Origin: the human T2T-CHM13v2.0 reference genome, Homo sapiens
Strand: one strand, 5' to 3'
Length of the DNA stretch: 64,000 nt
Assembly: GCF_009914755.1 (NCBI RefSeq)
Contig: NC_060928.1
Position numbers and translations under genes: made by a program. This document shows positions 40,361 to 54,469 of this stretch, piece after piece. Within the stretch, counting starts at the first letter, position 1. The number at the start of each line of letters is the position of its first letter. The notes beneath the pieces were generated by a model. It saw nothing but the letters and a program-made list of their open reading frames with translations, ran no database searches and was not told the origin of the DNA.

Positions 40361-41075
40361 TTTTTTTTTTTTAACCAAAGGAAATTCTTTATTGTAAATA
40401 AGATATAAAGTACAACAAAAGAACTATTGTGCAAATTGTAAGTCATAAGGATTTTTTTAATTAAAACTTTTGTTTTCTAAGGATCCAAGTTTTGATGTCA
40501 GAAATCTACACCCAATATACAAAAACAATGTTAAATGGGAAGATATAGTGACATTTTTCATTACATATTTTAAGCAATTTACTTTTGTTTTGCCACTGTG
40601 TATATCATCCACTATATAACAGAATAAAAGAGAAATACTGTTAACAAAAGCAAATGTTCTAATAATAATTTTTCTACCCAACTACCTCCACATTCCCAAA
40701 AAACTCCTACAAATTAACAGGACAACATTTGTAATTTAATTGCTTTGAAGCATAGCTACGATTTGTTTTTGCATTTTTGTTTTGAAAGTTTAACAAATGA
40801 CTGTATCTAGGCATTTCATTAGCTTAGAACTTTAGTTTGCCTGCAGTTTCTTGTGCAGATTTGAAAACTGTATACCAGTGTGTTTTCTGTAGACTCTAAG
40901 ATACACTGCACTTTGTTTAGAAAAAAAATCTGAAGATGAAATATATATTGTAAAGAAGGGATATTAAGAATCTTAGATAACTTCTTGAAAAAGATGGCTT
41001 ATGTCATCAGTAAAGTACTTTTATGTTATGAGGATATAATGTGTGCTTTATTGAATTACAAAATTAGTGACCATT
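40361..41075 (-). pseudogene. 3'UTR-only processed retrocopy with inverted 5' part; resembles MBNL1 3'UTR (from memory)
   Basis: poly(T) 40361-40372, TTTATT (AATAAA on -) at 40388-40393, 15-bp TSD TTAAAAAATATCTTT at 40349-40363 and 41074-41088; no recognisable TE sequence. Confidence 0.85.
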
Positions 41076-41861
41076 AAAAAATATCTTTGTGTACTTTGCT
41101 GGCTACATCTCAAGGACTTTTTTAAATCCTTTGGGAATTATAGTTCAAATTTCCATATTTTTCTACCAAGTGTAAGGATATAGCTGGGCTATTCTCATAT
41201 TAACATCCAGACCTCCTAAAAGCATGATTAACTGAGAGATTTAAACCAATGTCCTTTTTCTACTCTTTTAAGACACAAAAAAACTTGAAAGAACTATATT
41301 TAGTGTCTACTAGAATCACTATCCAGTACATTTAAATAATGCACATTTAAATGAATAATATATAATTTAGATCAAAATTTTTTTTTATGTTAAGTGTGAT
41401 TAAATACATTTCCCCTAATCTTCAATTATTATTCATGTTGATTTGCTCCTTCTTGAGTAAAGCCAGCTCACACCAAATCATTACTGGGTTATCCATGATT
41501 TTATGGCACTTGTCACTGGCTCCTCATTTGGGAATTAAGGTACCTTACTCAAGTATCAAAAATTTTACAGCCCTTTCTCTCTATCTTCTGTAGGCTTATT
41601 ATCCCTCTATTAAGAGAGACATAATTAATTTCTCTTAGAAACTCTCAGTACAAAGTCATAACTTACATTCCAAGTTCTAAGCTTTCTCTCCGCTTTGACT
41701 AATTTTTATGTTGTAACAAAAACTATGCAGCTGAACAATATAATGGTCTGAAAAAAGTGACAATATTTTTAAAAATTTTATGCAAATGTTATTTGCACAA
41801 GAATTTTAAAGTTTTCCTCTTAATGCAGTCCCCAATCAGATATTCCACAAATTGATTTTTA

Positions 41862-42308
<447 letters not shown>

Positions 42309-44430
42309 CTACTCACTAGATATTATTATACAATTATTGGAAAATAATTTTCAGACTGACAAATGTTGACTATATTTTGCCAACGAATCCAGCTGCAGGG
42401 AGAATCCTGACCTGCTGACAACATAGCTTGCAAGTTTACTGCACAGTGCTCCATTTTAGCCCCGCCTCCAGGAGGTGCCGGGTCTTCGGCGATGAAATTA
42501 TTCAAAAAGTATGTCTGAAATGATTCATTCTTTTCCCCTTTCGTTTGCTTTTGAGGCCCCTTTTCTTAGCAGAGAATTTAGAAAAGTCAGATTGGGATCA
42601 GGTACTGTGATGCAAGGGCCTGGTCTCTTCAGTTCTGGTTTAGGCCTTAACAGAAAGGACAAGTAGAATGCTTGAGGCTTTCACAGTCAACCAGTTCAAC
42701 CAACATTTGGTGACCAGATAGGATTTGAGGGCAGAAGCCCAACCAGGAACAAATAGTTTTATTTGTTAGAGTATAGCCTGCATCCCATCCTTTAGAACTT
42801 AAGAATAACCAACAGCTAAGTGGGGAGGTGAGTTAGGTATGGCCGAGGCAAGGGGACAGCATCCAGAGAAGTTAGCAGGGTGTTACCCCAAATCTGGGCC
42901 ATAGTGGACAGTTTTCCATGTTCAGTGTCATTAGTTGTTTTAATAACAATTGTCATGATTAATGAAAAATCCTTCATTAGGGAAATGCTGAAATGTGTCT
43001 TATGATCTTATTCCCCTAGATTTTAGATTGGGATCTCAGGAAGACAAGAGGTCAATATTACTCTGAGCAATTGCCATCCACAGGGAAATGGATACACGAA
43101 GGTGATGGGGAGCTGATTCTGGGCTCCTCAACACCAGCAAGTAAAGATAACCCTTCCCCGCATAACGTTAAGTCTCTTCTATTGATAAAGAGTGTGTCAG
43201 GGAATTTTAATTATCTATTGCATTAGATACTTATGAAACTTTGTAGAAAAACAAAATACTTGTGCACATGAAAAGAAAAGGTATTTGCATCCTATAAATT
43301 TCTATTTTAATTTTTGCTAGTATTCATGTTTGTGTATTTTATACTTTTAATGTGTTGAAACATACATTTTTATTTTGACTTTTGCAATTCATGGTAATAT
43401 TTATGCTTCCATCTACTAACAGAATTGACAATTATATATAGGATTTTATTATAAATATTATATTATTATAATATTATCCATGTAGTCTGATTCTGACCAA
43501 CGATGTTGCACTTGACCAGGTTGCTCTGAAGTTGAAATGAGCCAGTTCATAGTGCTGTAGGCTTAGGCAGCATTGTGTGTTACTGAAATTTATTTTTGAA
43601 GTTTTAATTGCAAAATGTAATAAAAACAAAATTGTTTTTATTTTTGTTTCTGTACATTTTTTTTCAGCATATGGCTTATGATTTCTATTTCCTTATAGGT
43701 GAGCTTTTAATTTATAATGATCATTTGCTCAGCAGGAGAAGGCCTGTAACTTTGTATACTTGTATGCACGTGTGTGAGATCAAGCTTTTATCAGTTATAT
43801 TGTTATATATCTTGTCATTTATGTGTGTCCTCACTATCATTTATAGAAATTATTTTAATTTTAATATATATAAATATTCATTGGCTATTTTTCCTTTGAT
43901 GATGTGTGTTCTTAGTATTGCACTTGTTCCCCTACCAACCCAGGCTTTATTTAAACAGAATTGCCTACAGCTCCATGGTGCCTTAAGAAAGCAGTCATAT
44001 AGCAAAAGTAAACTGAGGGAACAGATCGCCCCACCAAAGTTGCAAAAACTCCTTGTGTCTCTAGCTGTAATTTACCATTTTTAAGGGAGTATTTTGCCAG
44101 CTGAAAATGAGTTATTTAACCCAAAATGTATATCCCTAACAATGTACACATCTCCATTTGTATCTACTAATATTCTGGTAATTGTTTTATTTTTGCTTCC
44201 ATCATAACATATCTTTCCAAATTTACATGGCAATATATTATTTTAATAATTCTTTTTATGATGGGATAATTTCAATTGTGTAGACATTTAAACGCACCGT
44301 TTTTAAAGTCTGAGAATTGATCATTTTTCATTATTATCTAAATATTTAAGATTCTAAGTATGAACTAAATCTGTACAGTGACTCTATACTGTCTTAACTG
44401 GGACCATTATCCACTGGAAATTATCCACCA

Positions 44431-44487
44431 GATCTATCTATTGATCTATTGATCTATCTATTTATCTATCTCATCATCTATCTGTCT
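44431..44487. repeat. Degenerate (ATCT)n microsatellite
   Basis: gatctatctattgatctattgatctatctatttatctatc. Confidence 0.8.
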
Positions 44488-44999
44488 TAGCCCCGGGGGT
44501 AGGTTTTTAGCACCTAGATCAGTTTTTCACAGCTATTCTCCATGCATTCGCTTGCTTTAGGTCATGTGAGGTGATGATTTCAGAGTTGATTCCGAGGTTA
44601 TGACCAACCTATTGGATTTGTTTCCGTGGTGGAGCTGCAGATGTATGAATTTATAACAAATTCTCCAGTTGATTCTTATACACACTAAATGCGAAAACTA
44701 GAGCTCTAGGAGTTTTCCTTTTCTAGGCTCATCTAAGTACAATCAAATATAATGTAAGTTTTATTACCCAAGTTAAAGAACATTTAAAAATAACCAATAT
44801 TTAAGGATGAAATATAAATTATTTTTTCCACATCAATCATATGAAATTGTTAAATATCTCTCCAAGAGATTTTAAAGAAAATTAGTTCCTCTACCTGTAA
44901 AACTATACAGGTGACCATTTTCTAGACATGCGTTACTTGAATTTCTTTAAATTACTCTCTTCTGAATGAATAAAATTTACTATCTATTGATTGGCGAAT

Positions 45000-45920
45000 A
45001 TTTACTGTTTTATTAAAGTGTAACATACATACATAGAAAAACTGTCCAAAGCCTAAGAGCACAGTTTTGTAAATTTTTACGAATTGAGCACACCTATGCA
45101 ACCAGCACACATATCCAGGAAGACAGCACTGTCAGAACTCATCCCTCCTACCAGTCACTACCATCTCCCCAGGGAGCATTTCACCTATTCCGATTTATAA
45201 TACCACACTTCTGTGGTTAGCCTAAACTACAGGTTTGTTTAGGCTAACTTTGAACTTCACACAATTATAAGCCCTTCATTTCTGGCTTATTGTGCCCCAG
45301 CATTACGTTTCTGAGACCCAGTCATGATGCTGCCTGTTATTACTTTATTCTCATTGCTGTATGATATTCCATTTTATGAATATTCCATACTTTACCAAAG
45401 ATAGAAATGCCTGGATCATAGATGACCCAGCTAGGAATATGAGGATGCTGGATGCTGATGGTGTTTAACAACCAGAGTCTGAGAAAAAAGAAGAAAAAGC
45501 ACTCTGATTTACAGCACTTGCCAATTTCTGAGGTGCAAATCTTTTCACCTTTGCCAATTTCAAGCAACCAGTGGTGCATCTTGCAAGCTGGTCAGCCGGC
45601 CCAGCACCCCTTTGGCAGATAGTACCAAGCAGACTTCTCGAGCGGCTTCAGCCCCACCAGCAGTCTGTGACAGTTCTAGTTGCTCCACATACTTAAAGAG
45701 GATTTTTACTGCTGTGGATTAGTTTGCTTTTAGCAGTTCTGGTAGGGATGAAGTGGAATTGACTGTGATTTTTAATGGGCATTCCCTTGTTGACCAATGA
45801 CATTAGTCAGCATATTTATATTAGCAGCATATTTTAATATATTCATTGGCTATTTAAATATTCATTAATTGGAGTGCCTGTTAAGTCTACTATCCGTGTT
45901 TTCTAAGTTGTCTTTTATTT
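45000..45920 (-). mobile_element. Old L1M fragment, interrupted by a MER63-like hAT element (~45440-45610)
   Basis: ttttattaaagtgtaacatacatac...ttattctcattgctgtatgatattccatt...ccccaccagcagtctgtgacagttctagttgctccacat; ggtgtttaacaacc...ttgccaatttc in the insert. Confidence 0.65.
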
Positions 45921-46169
45921 TGGTGTGAATTTTTAAAATGTAACATAAATAAGTTTCTCTCTTATTCATCATAACTCTTACACAACTGGATATCTGTTTC
46001 GGAATCTCAGAGTATCAAGCCTAGACTTTGTGTTACTAATAGAGCCCACTAAATCTTTTCAACAGCAACTTCCCTGATCTTTAAAAGCAGATTAGAGCTT
46101 CACCCTCCACTTAGAGTGGAGAAAGGTTTTTACCTTCTAACGACTTCTTTGTGAAGTTAGAATAAAAAC

Positions 46170-46600
46170 ATTCCCTGTGCCATCTGCCAGACCTTGGCCT
46201 GCTTTGTGCCTCTGTCTGCCCCCATCACTTCTTCCCGGTTCCTGTCCCGAGGACCTGCTGAGCTCACTGTGCCTTTGCACTTACTCATTTCTGTACCTGG
46301 AATAATCTCCCCTCGGTTTGCACTTGACTCTCTGCTTCTCTTCACTCGGTCCTCAGAGAAGCCTTTCCTGACCACTCCTCCTTTAGAAACGCTCTATCCA
46401 ACTACTGAGCTTTAATCACATCATAGCAATTACTAACATGAGAAATGGCCATATGTATTTGTTTACATCTTTATTTTCTGTCTCCCACCTTTTAAATACA
46501 TGATGCAATAAAGATACTTAATCTGTCATTTCATTCCTGCATCTAATACTTAAAACACGGCCAGGTACATAATTAGAATTATTGAATGAATAAATTAAAT
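46170..46600 (+). mobile_element. L2 3' end
   Basis: gcctttgcacttact...ctcagagaagcctttcctgaccac...ttgaatgaataaat. Confidence 0.75.
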
Positions 46601-46755
46601 GCTTATTTGAAAAAATTGGTTTCTTCGCAAACTTCAACTCCTAGAGCATTGTACACAATTGCAAACATCATTTATCCCCTTAGCCATATTTTCTTAACAA
46701 AAGATTTTCCCGCACTTTACAAAAGTGTGATTTTTCATACTTTCTAAAAAGTTTT

Positions 46756-47546
<791 letters not shown>

Positions 47547-48058
47547 GGTAACAAAAACAAAATAAACAAATGGTACTATATCAAACTAAAAAGCTTATGC
47601 ATAGCAAAGGAAACAATTGGCAGAGTGAAAAGACAACCAATGGAATGGGAAAAAATATTTGAAACACATATATCTGATAAAGGGTCATCTCCAATATTTA
47701 GAAGGCTCTCCTACAAGGCAATAGAAAAAGAAAAAAAATGAATGACCTGATTAAAAACTGGATTAAGGACTTGAAAAGACATTTTTCCAATGAAGACATA
47801 CAAATGACCATCAGGTATATGAAAAAATGCCCAATGCCCCTAGTCATCAAAGAACTACAAATCAAAACAACAGTGATTTAAAAAAAAGACAAGTGTTAAT
47901 GCAGATATGGAGAAATTGGAATCTTTGCACACCACCGATGGGAGTGCAATATAGTATAATGCTGTGGACAACAGTATGGAGGTTTCTCAATTAAAAATAC
48001 AATTACCATATGATCCAGCAATTCCACTTCTGGGTAATTATCCCAAAGAATTGAAATC
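47547..48058 (+). mobile_element. L1 ORF2 C-terminal segment (inverted part)
   Basis: Translates to [34 protein letters not shown] and LPYDPAIPLLGNYPKELK, recognisable L1 ORF2p. Confidence 0.9.
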
Positions 48059-50721
48059 TTCCCTATTTTTATTTCAATATTATAAACAGCATATTTTTCC
48101 TTTGATGATTAAAGCTGGTTCAGATCCTTTTATTCCAACCAGATTCTACTTGGAATGCATAGTTTCAACTGTTGGACCTGAGACAAAAGTGAAGAAGAGA
48201 ACAGGATGTACGTAAGGCAAGGTCAAATAGATGCATGTCCTATGAGGCAAATATTATTCTAGGTGCCAGGAATGCCACAATGGGCGCAATAGGTAGATTT
48301 TTGGGAAACACGAAATTAAGAACCGGGACAATCTTTATAAGACAGAGAATTGCAAATCAAATAAAAGCAAACACGAGGCTACACTTGTGAGGGGTAATAA
48401 CAAAAGTGGCAAGAAAAGTAAGGGACCAGGGAAGTTGCACAGTAAATCCAGAAAAATTCTTGAGAAGACCTTTCTATTATGCTGGGGTTTCTTCCGAAGT
48501 TATGTGCAAAATCTTGAGGCTACTCTTGTGGCATCTGAACCTGGCCTGTGACATATTTCCAGTGTTACCCCGCCCCATCTGTTGGCAGAGGGAGATCTGG
48601 TCCTCTTGCAGCAGTGGTGGAGAAAGAATTCCATCAAGTTTGGGGGGATTTCTTGCTGGATCCTCGTTCCTCGGGTTGTCTCTTCAGAACCGTGCAATTT
48701 CGCAAGTCCTTCAACCAGTCGAGTCACAGCAAGGCTTCAATATGCTCAGACGACAGATTTGTCTCAAGTGAGATGCTGGGTGTGATGTGGTTAGGCTGAA
48801 AGAGATTAATGCAAAATAAAAGATGAGTTAATTGTAAAGCTGAGAGAAATTTGAGATGGAATGTAGTTGGGTTGCTGATGATTGCTGTGCCAATTTCTGT
48901 TAGGTAGATGAAGCAGTAATTTTGGCATGGAAGCCAGGCTTGCCCTTTGGTATTGGAGCATTCCCTGGGATTCGCTCATCAGGTGGAAGATGGTTTTTAT
49001 TCTAATTTTACCTGTGAGAAAGTGGTCAGCACGAATTATTCAGTTCTTGACTGGGAGATTATATATACCTAAGCTGTGTCTCCACATGACTCAGCCTTTG
49101 CAAGTCACATTGAAAAGGAATACAACTATGACTGCAGAAGCTTTGAGGTATTCCCATTGCTTTTAACAAGTCCAGCCTAGGCATTTCACTCTGCTCCTCA
49201 CACAGGAAATTTACCATACATCTGTTTAGGTACAGTTTCCTCTTTCTGTAATTACACATTCGTGAAAGCCACACATACGCAAAATAAATAAAAATATTTT
49301 TGTGTGTTGATGTCATTCTGCTCCTTTATTCTACTTGCTCCTACCTCTGTCTCCACCCTCACTAAACACACTCATGCACAATGTCCAGCCCATGCTACTC
49401 ACCCGAGCCCTCTAGCCTAGCTTGCTGCACCATTCCTGTGCCCTGGTGCAGCTGTTAGACAAGCATAGCCTCACAGGCAGCCTGCTTACTTGGATTTAGG
49501 GCTGCAGCTGAGAGGCCTATAGATGACTTTTCAAACAAGAATCTCTAGGGTTCAGGGGAGGAGAGCTGCGAATGTTTGTATAACTTGTTTTTCCTGTTAC
49601 ATTGCTAGTGTGAACATAACATTGGGCAGATAGTTTTGAGAATTAGAGGAGGAAGCCATAAAGAGGAGAGTTTTCTTGGTAGATGTGGACCGTACTCTTA
49701 AAAAATTTTGCCATGAGCAATGGAATAGCTTAGTTTGTTTGTTCATTAGTTATATAGTGCCAGAAGTTTTATTTAAAAGTTCACTTTAAATGTTTAGTAT
49801 TCATCTGACAAGAAGAGGTAAAATGATGATACACGAACTTTAGTTTGAAAACTGAAGGTAACATCCTGAAACTAGGAGATAAACTGAGTGTTGAAGTTAG
49901 ATATTATATAACCCAAAAAACGATCACTCTAGATTATTTCTGAAGTTATGGTCTGAAGGAGGCCATCTTTGAAAGGGTATCTGCATTCACAGAAAGAATG
50001 TCACAGAACTGGGATAGGGATTGATCCATGATGAAATGTAAGAATAAAGATGACCAGACAGAGAGGGAGAAAGAGACAAGAACTAAAGACAAATTCAAAT
50101 GGATTCTAGATTCCTAATTCAGCTCTTAATAGTGGCATATAATGTGATCTTTAAGGGAAAAAAGGTAGGAAAAACTATTTGGACAAATGAAACTTTACAG
50201 AGCATAATCTTGTTGAAAGCAATTTAGTTAAAAGCAAGATGGTCAGCAGATTACTTTGGCAGAAATATGATGGGTTCTCAATGACAATACCTAGACACTA
50301 GTTTTTTTTTTAATCCTAGTCATCTTTGGTGCACCATGGGGACACTTTGTAGAACTTCATACATGATTAGCTATTTTTTCCCCAATTTTGGGGTATTTTT
50401 CTACTTTTTTCATTTTGATATCTAATATGGTTTCAGACTTAGTTGTGTTTAACCAATAATTCCTCATTATTTTGCTTTTTGTTTTTACATTAATAATTCA
50501 AATTAAAATGATTTCCACACTACTCTGCTTACCATAAGAGGATGTTGGAATAAAACATTTGGGAAATTGCCTAAATAAATTATGGTAGGTTACAAAATAT
50601 GATCCTATTTTGGCTAACATATATATTTGTATAATAAGTAATAAACTAACTTCATATTTTAGAAATAGATTTGTATGGATAATAAAAAGGTTAATGGATG
50701 ATTTGGATGAGTAAAATTTCA

Positions 50722-51004
50722 TTATTTATTTATTTATTCTAGAGATGGGGTCTCACTCTGTGACCAAGGCTGAAGTGCAGTGGCACAATCATAGCTCAAT
50801 GCAGCCTCAAACTCGTGGGCTGAAGTGATCCTCCCAGCTCAGCCTCAGGTGCACACACTAAGCTTGGCTAATTTTTATTTTTATTTTTGTAGAGATGGGG
50901 TCTCACTTTTTTTCCCAGGCAGATCTTATACTCCTAGCTTTAGGTGCCTCCCACTTTGGCCTCCTAAAGTGTCAGGATTGCAAGCATAAGCCACCATGCC
51001 TGGC
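50722..51004 (-). mobile_element. AluJ
   Basis: (TTTA)n tail, gcacaatcatagctcaatgcagcctcaaactc. Confidence 0.88.
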
Positions 51005-51433
51005 AAATCCCATTTTTTTTTATGCTCTCATTTTTTCTAATTTTATTTTTTATTAAAAAATACATTTGACTTTTAATATGGGAAAATAGAAAGAGAAACA
51101 AATCATAAATTGGATTATTAATTTAAGAGACATAAAATTTTGAAGAATGAGGTTTTTGTACTTTAATAATATTAATTTTAAAAGAATCATGCCTATTCTA
51201 TTTATTTGGCTGTGTTTCCAACTTTGTACAAGGACATAAAATAAACAGCTTTTTTAAAAAACTCATCCACCTTTGTTAGAGTTTTAGGTCATTCTAATGT
51301 TTCCCTATTGAAAATGTGAAAGAGTAGGCATAATTAGATAAGAGTGAATTAGAAATACTGGTAAAATATAGAGAAATAAACAGGTAATGTGGGAATAATT
51401 GGCTGATAATTGGCATTAAAAATTAGACAATCT

Positions 51434-51749
<316 letters not shown>

Positions 51750-54107
51750 CTAATGGGTGGAAAAATGCAAACTTTCTACGATATGCATCAAAATAGTCTA
51801 AATAAATAACGACAGATTACAAAATTGTGTCATGATCTCATTTCTCCTCATAAATAAGACACAATTATTTATATAATGTATAATATGCACATTTTGCATT
51901 TTAGAAATGAGTCTTTATGAATATTAAAAAGGTTAATGTGAGGTTGCACAATATACAACAAAAGAATACTTGAATAATCAGTTCCTATTGACATTCATTT
52001 TTGACACAATTCTTATACACACTAATTTTGAGCAAATTGTTGGGTTGAATCGCAGGTTTCAGCTGAACTATGTTCAGTCAAATTTAAGCAATTTTTTTTC
52101 TACCATGTATCTTGAATTGTATCATATATTAGGCAACCCAGGGCTACTAGAAATTGTGGCTAACCTGAAGAAGAATCTTGCAGGATCTGATAGAGGTGAT
52201 TGAATATGGAAAATATGGAATACTTGGGCATGAAAATTTGATGGGAGACATATTGAGAAACACATAAATGAATTTAAAGGAGTCTTCAGGATGTGTGCTG
52301 TAGGTTGAGGGAGAAGGTGTGTGAGTTCGGGGACCATGAGTCCCCAGTTCTGCTAATGCAAGAACGTGTAGGTGAGGAAGTCTTGGTGGATTTTAATTTT
52401 CCTTTGGGAAAATAGAATCTCCAAGTACCTTCATGATACTTGTTCACTCATGTAAAAGGTGTCACGTGTGAGTATTCACTCCAGGAGGGTCAAAATATAC
52501 ACATAGATTGGTATAAATATTATACATTTTCATTGATAATCAAATAGTTAGATGATATCCCAAATCATATAAAGAACTACTGTGTGGCAGTTGAATGAAA
52601 AGATCTGAATATATTAACATGGAAATATTTTTATGATATTATTATGAGAAAATAATTTTGCACAAATTTTTATATCACATGACCCCATTTATACTAAAAC
52701 ATTGTACATGGCCTAACTTTTTATTCATTTATGTATATCTGTATGTAAATGCATAGAAAAACATTCAAAAGTAACAAAGCACATTGTTCTTATTCCTGAG
52801 AATGAAATGAGAATAGGTGACGACAGTGGGCGATCTGTACTTTTACCCAAAATACATTAGTATCGTATGCATTTGTTACATAAAAATATATTCCCATGTT
52901 ACTAGCAGGTGTGGCAAATATGAAAAGCTTGAGTAACTCAAAGAAGTAAATAAAGAACTAAATGGAAGAACATCTAAAATTTAAATTTTTAAAGTAGCTA
53001 ACATTTAAATGAGTCTTCAAGTGTTTCCTCCTCAGAAAGATATTTTTTCCTCCACATGGAGGAAAGAAGAGGGCAAGTGAGAAGATAAAAATTATTGAAG
53101 ATGTACATGCTCAGGAGTTAGTCATATAGTTGTAAAGATTTGCTTTTCGTAAGGGTAGAGCCAGGAATTGTATCTCTACAACTATTTGGGTCAGGTCTGG
53201 ATAAATATTACAGTGCTTTCAATAGAAGTTTAAAAAAGAATTTTTAATAATGAAAAAAATTCTCTTAAGTATTTTCTTCGTATAACTTTTCCCTAGAAAG
53301 TGTTACATGATGACCAAAGGTAATAAATTACGACATAATGGTTAGCTAGTTGGAGTTTCATTTCAAAGGTATTTAAGTACCTCAGGTTGACAAAGGCTTG
53401 TCTACATATGCAAGATGGATTAGGTAATTATACACAATAAATCAGGGTGAAAAACCTATTACAAAGCAAAGGTAGGGGTGAGGGCTGTTTCTGTGTCTAA
53501 GATTGATTGCTTAAATTAGTTAAACTTACTGTGTTCTTTACTTTGCAAGAACACTAGTGACCAAACGAACACTTTTCCTACTGGGTCAGTATCTTGCATA
53601 TACAAGGTTCTCAATGAATATTTGTCATAAAAAATTGAATTTAAATGTAAGAATGCTTTCAAAACACTACGTATTCATTTAAAACTCTGTTGTTTTGCCT
53701 AATTTATAATATTTTGGTTTTAGTTTAATGCTCTATGATATTTTATTTACTCTTTTAAAAGCTAAAAAATAAGTTATTAATAAATTATTCAACATGTTAA
53801 TTTTTGAATCAGAAGAAAGCAGAAATTAAGAAACTGATGGTAAAAGCTCTTGGATAGTTTGGCTCAAACTTGAGTGATAAATGGACAATTTAGAAGGAAT
53901 TCACCCAGACATCTTCCACACATGAAGGTACCCCAGTGGCTTTTTCACTGCTCTCATTCTTCTCTTTATCAGTGTTAAACAGCTTATCACGTGCATCTCA
54001 GCTCTAAAGTGCTTGCGCACTTCCTCCAGCCTTTTCCAAAGCATTTCTACACTCTCTTTACCTTAAAGCAATGAGAAAACCCAAAACAATCTACACAGCA
54101 CTGGGAT

Positions 54108-54453
54108 TGATATGGTTTGGCTGTGTCCCCACCCAAATTTCAACTTGAATTGTACCTCCCAGAATTTCCCCATGTTGTGAGAGGGACCCAGAGGGAGGTA
54201 TTTGAATCATGGGGGCCGGTCTTTCCCATGCTATTCTCGTGATAGTGAATAAGTCTCGTGAGATTTGATGGGTTTATCCGGGGTTTCCTCTTTCACTCAT
54301 TTTCTCTTGCTGCTGCCTGTAAAGAGTGCCTTTCACCCCCTGCCATGATTCTGAGGCCTCCCCAGCCATGTGGTACTGTAAGTCCAATTAAACCTCTTTT
54401 CCTTCCCAGTCTTGGGTATGTCTTTATCAGCTGCGTGAAAACAGAGTAACACA
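54108..54453 (+). mobile_element. THE1B-like MaLR solo LTR
   Basis: tgatatggtttggctgtgtccccacccaaat...ctgaggcctccccagccatgtgg...taacaca; TSD gggat/gagat. Confidence 0.92.
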
Positions 54454-54469
54454 GAGATTAACAATGTGG

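Noticed and set aside
44571-44640. Box C/D snoRNA (GTGATGA)
   Set aside because: No properly placed CTGA box D or terminal stem; runs into MER5-like sequence
48406-48799. Cluster of overlapping ORFs in a GC-richer unique patch
   Set aside because: No recognisable homology, no ATG/splice support; multiple open frames are expected from composition
54357-54369. PRDM9 hotspot motif in THE1B
   Set aside because: Reads CCTCCCCAGCCAT, not the hotspot-associated CCTCCCTAGCCAC
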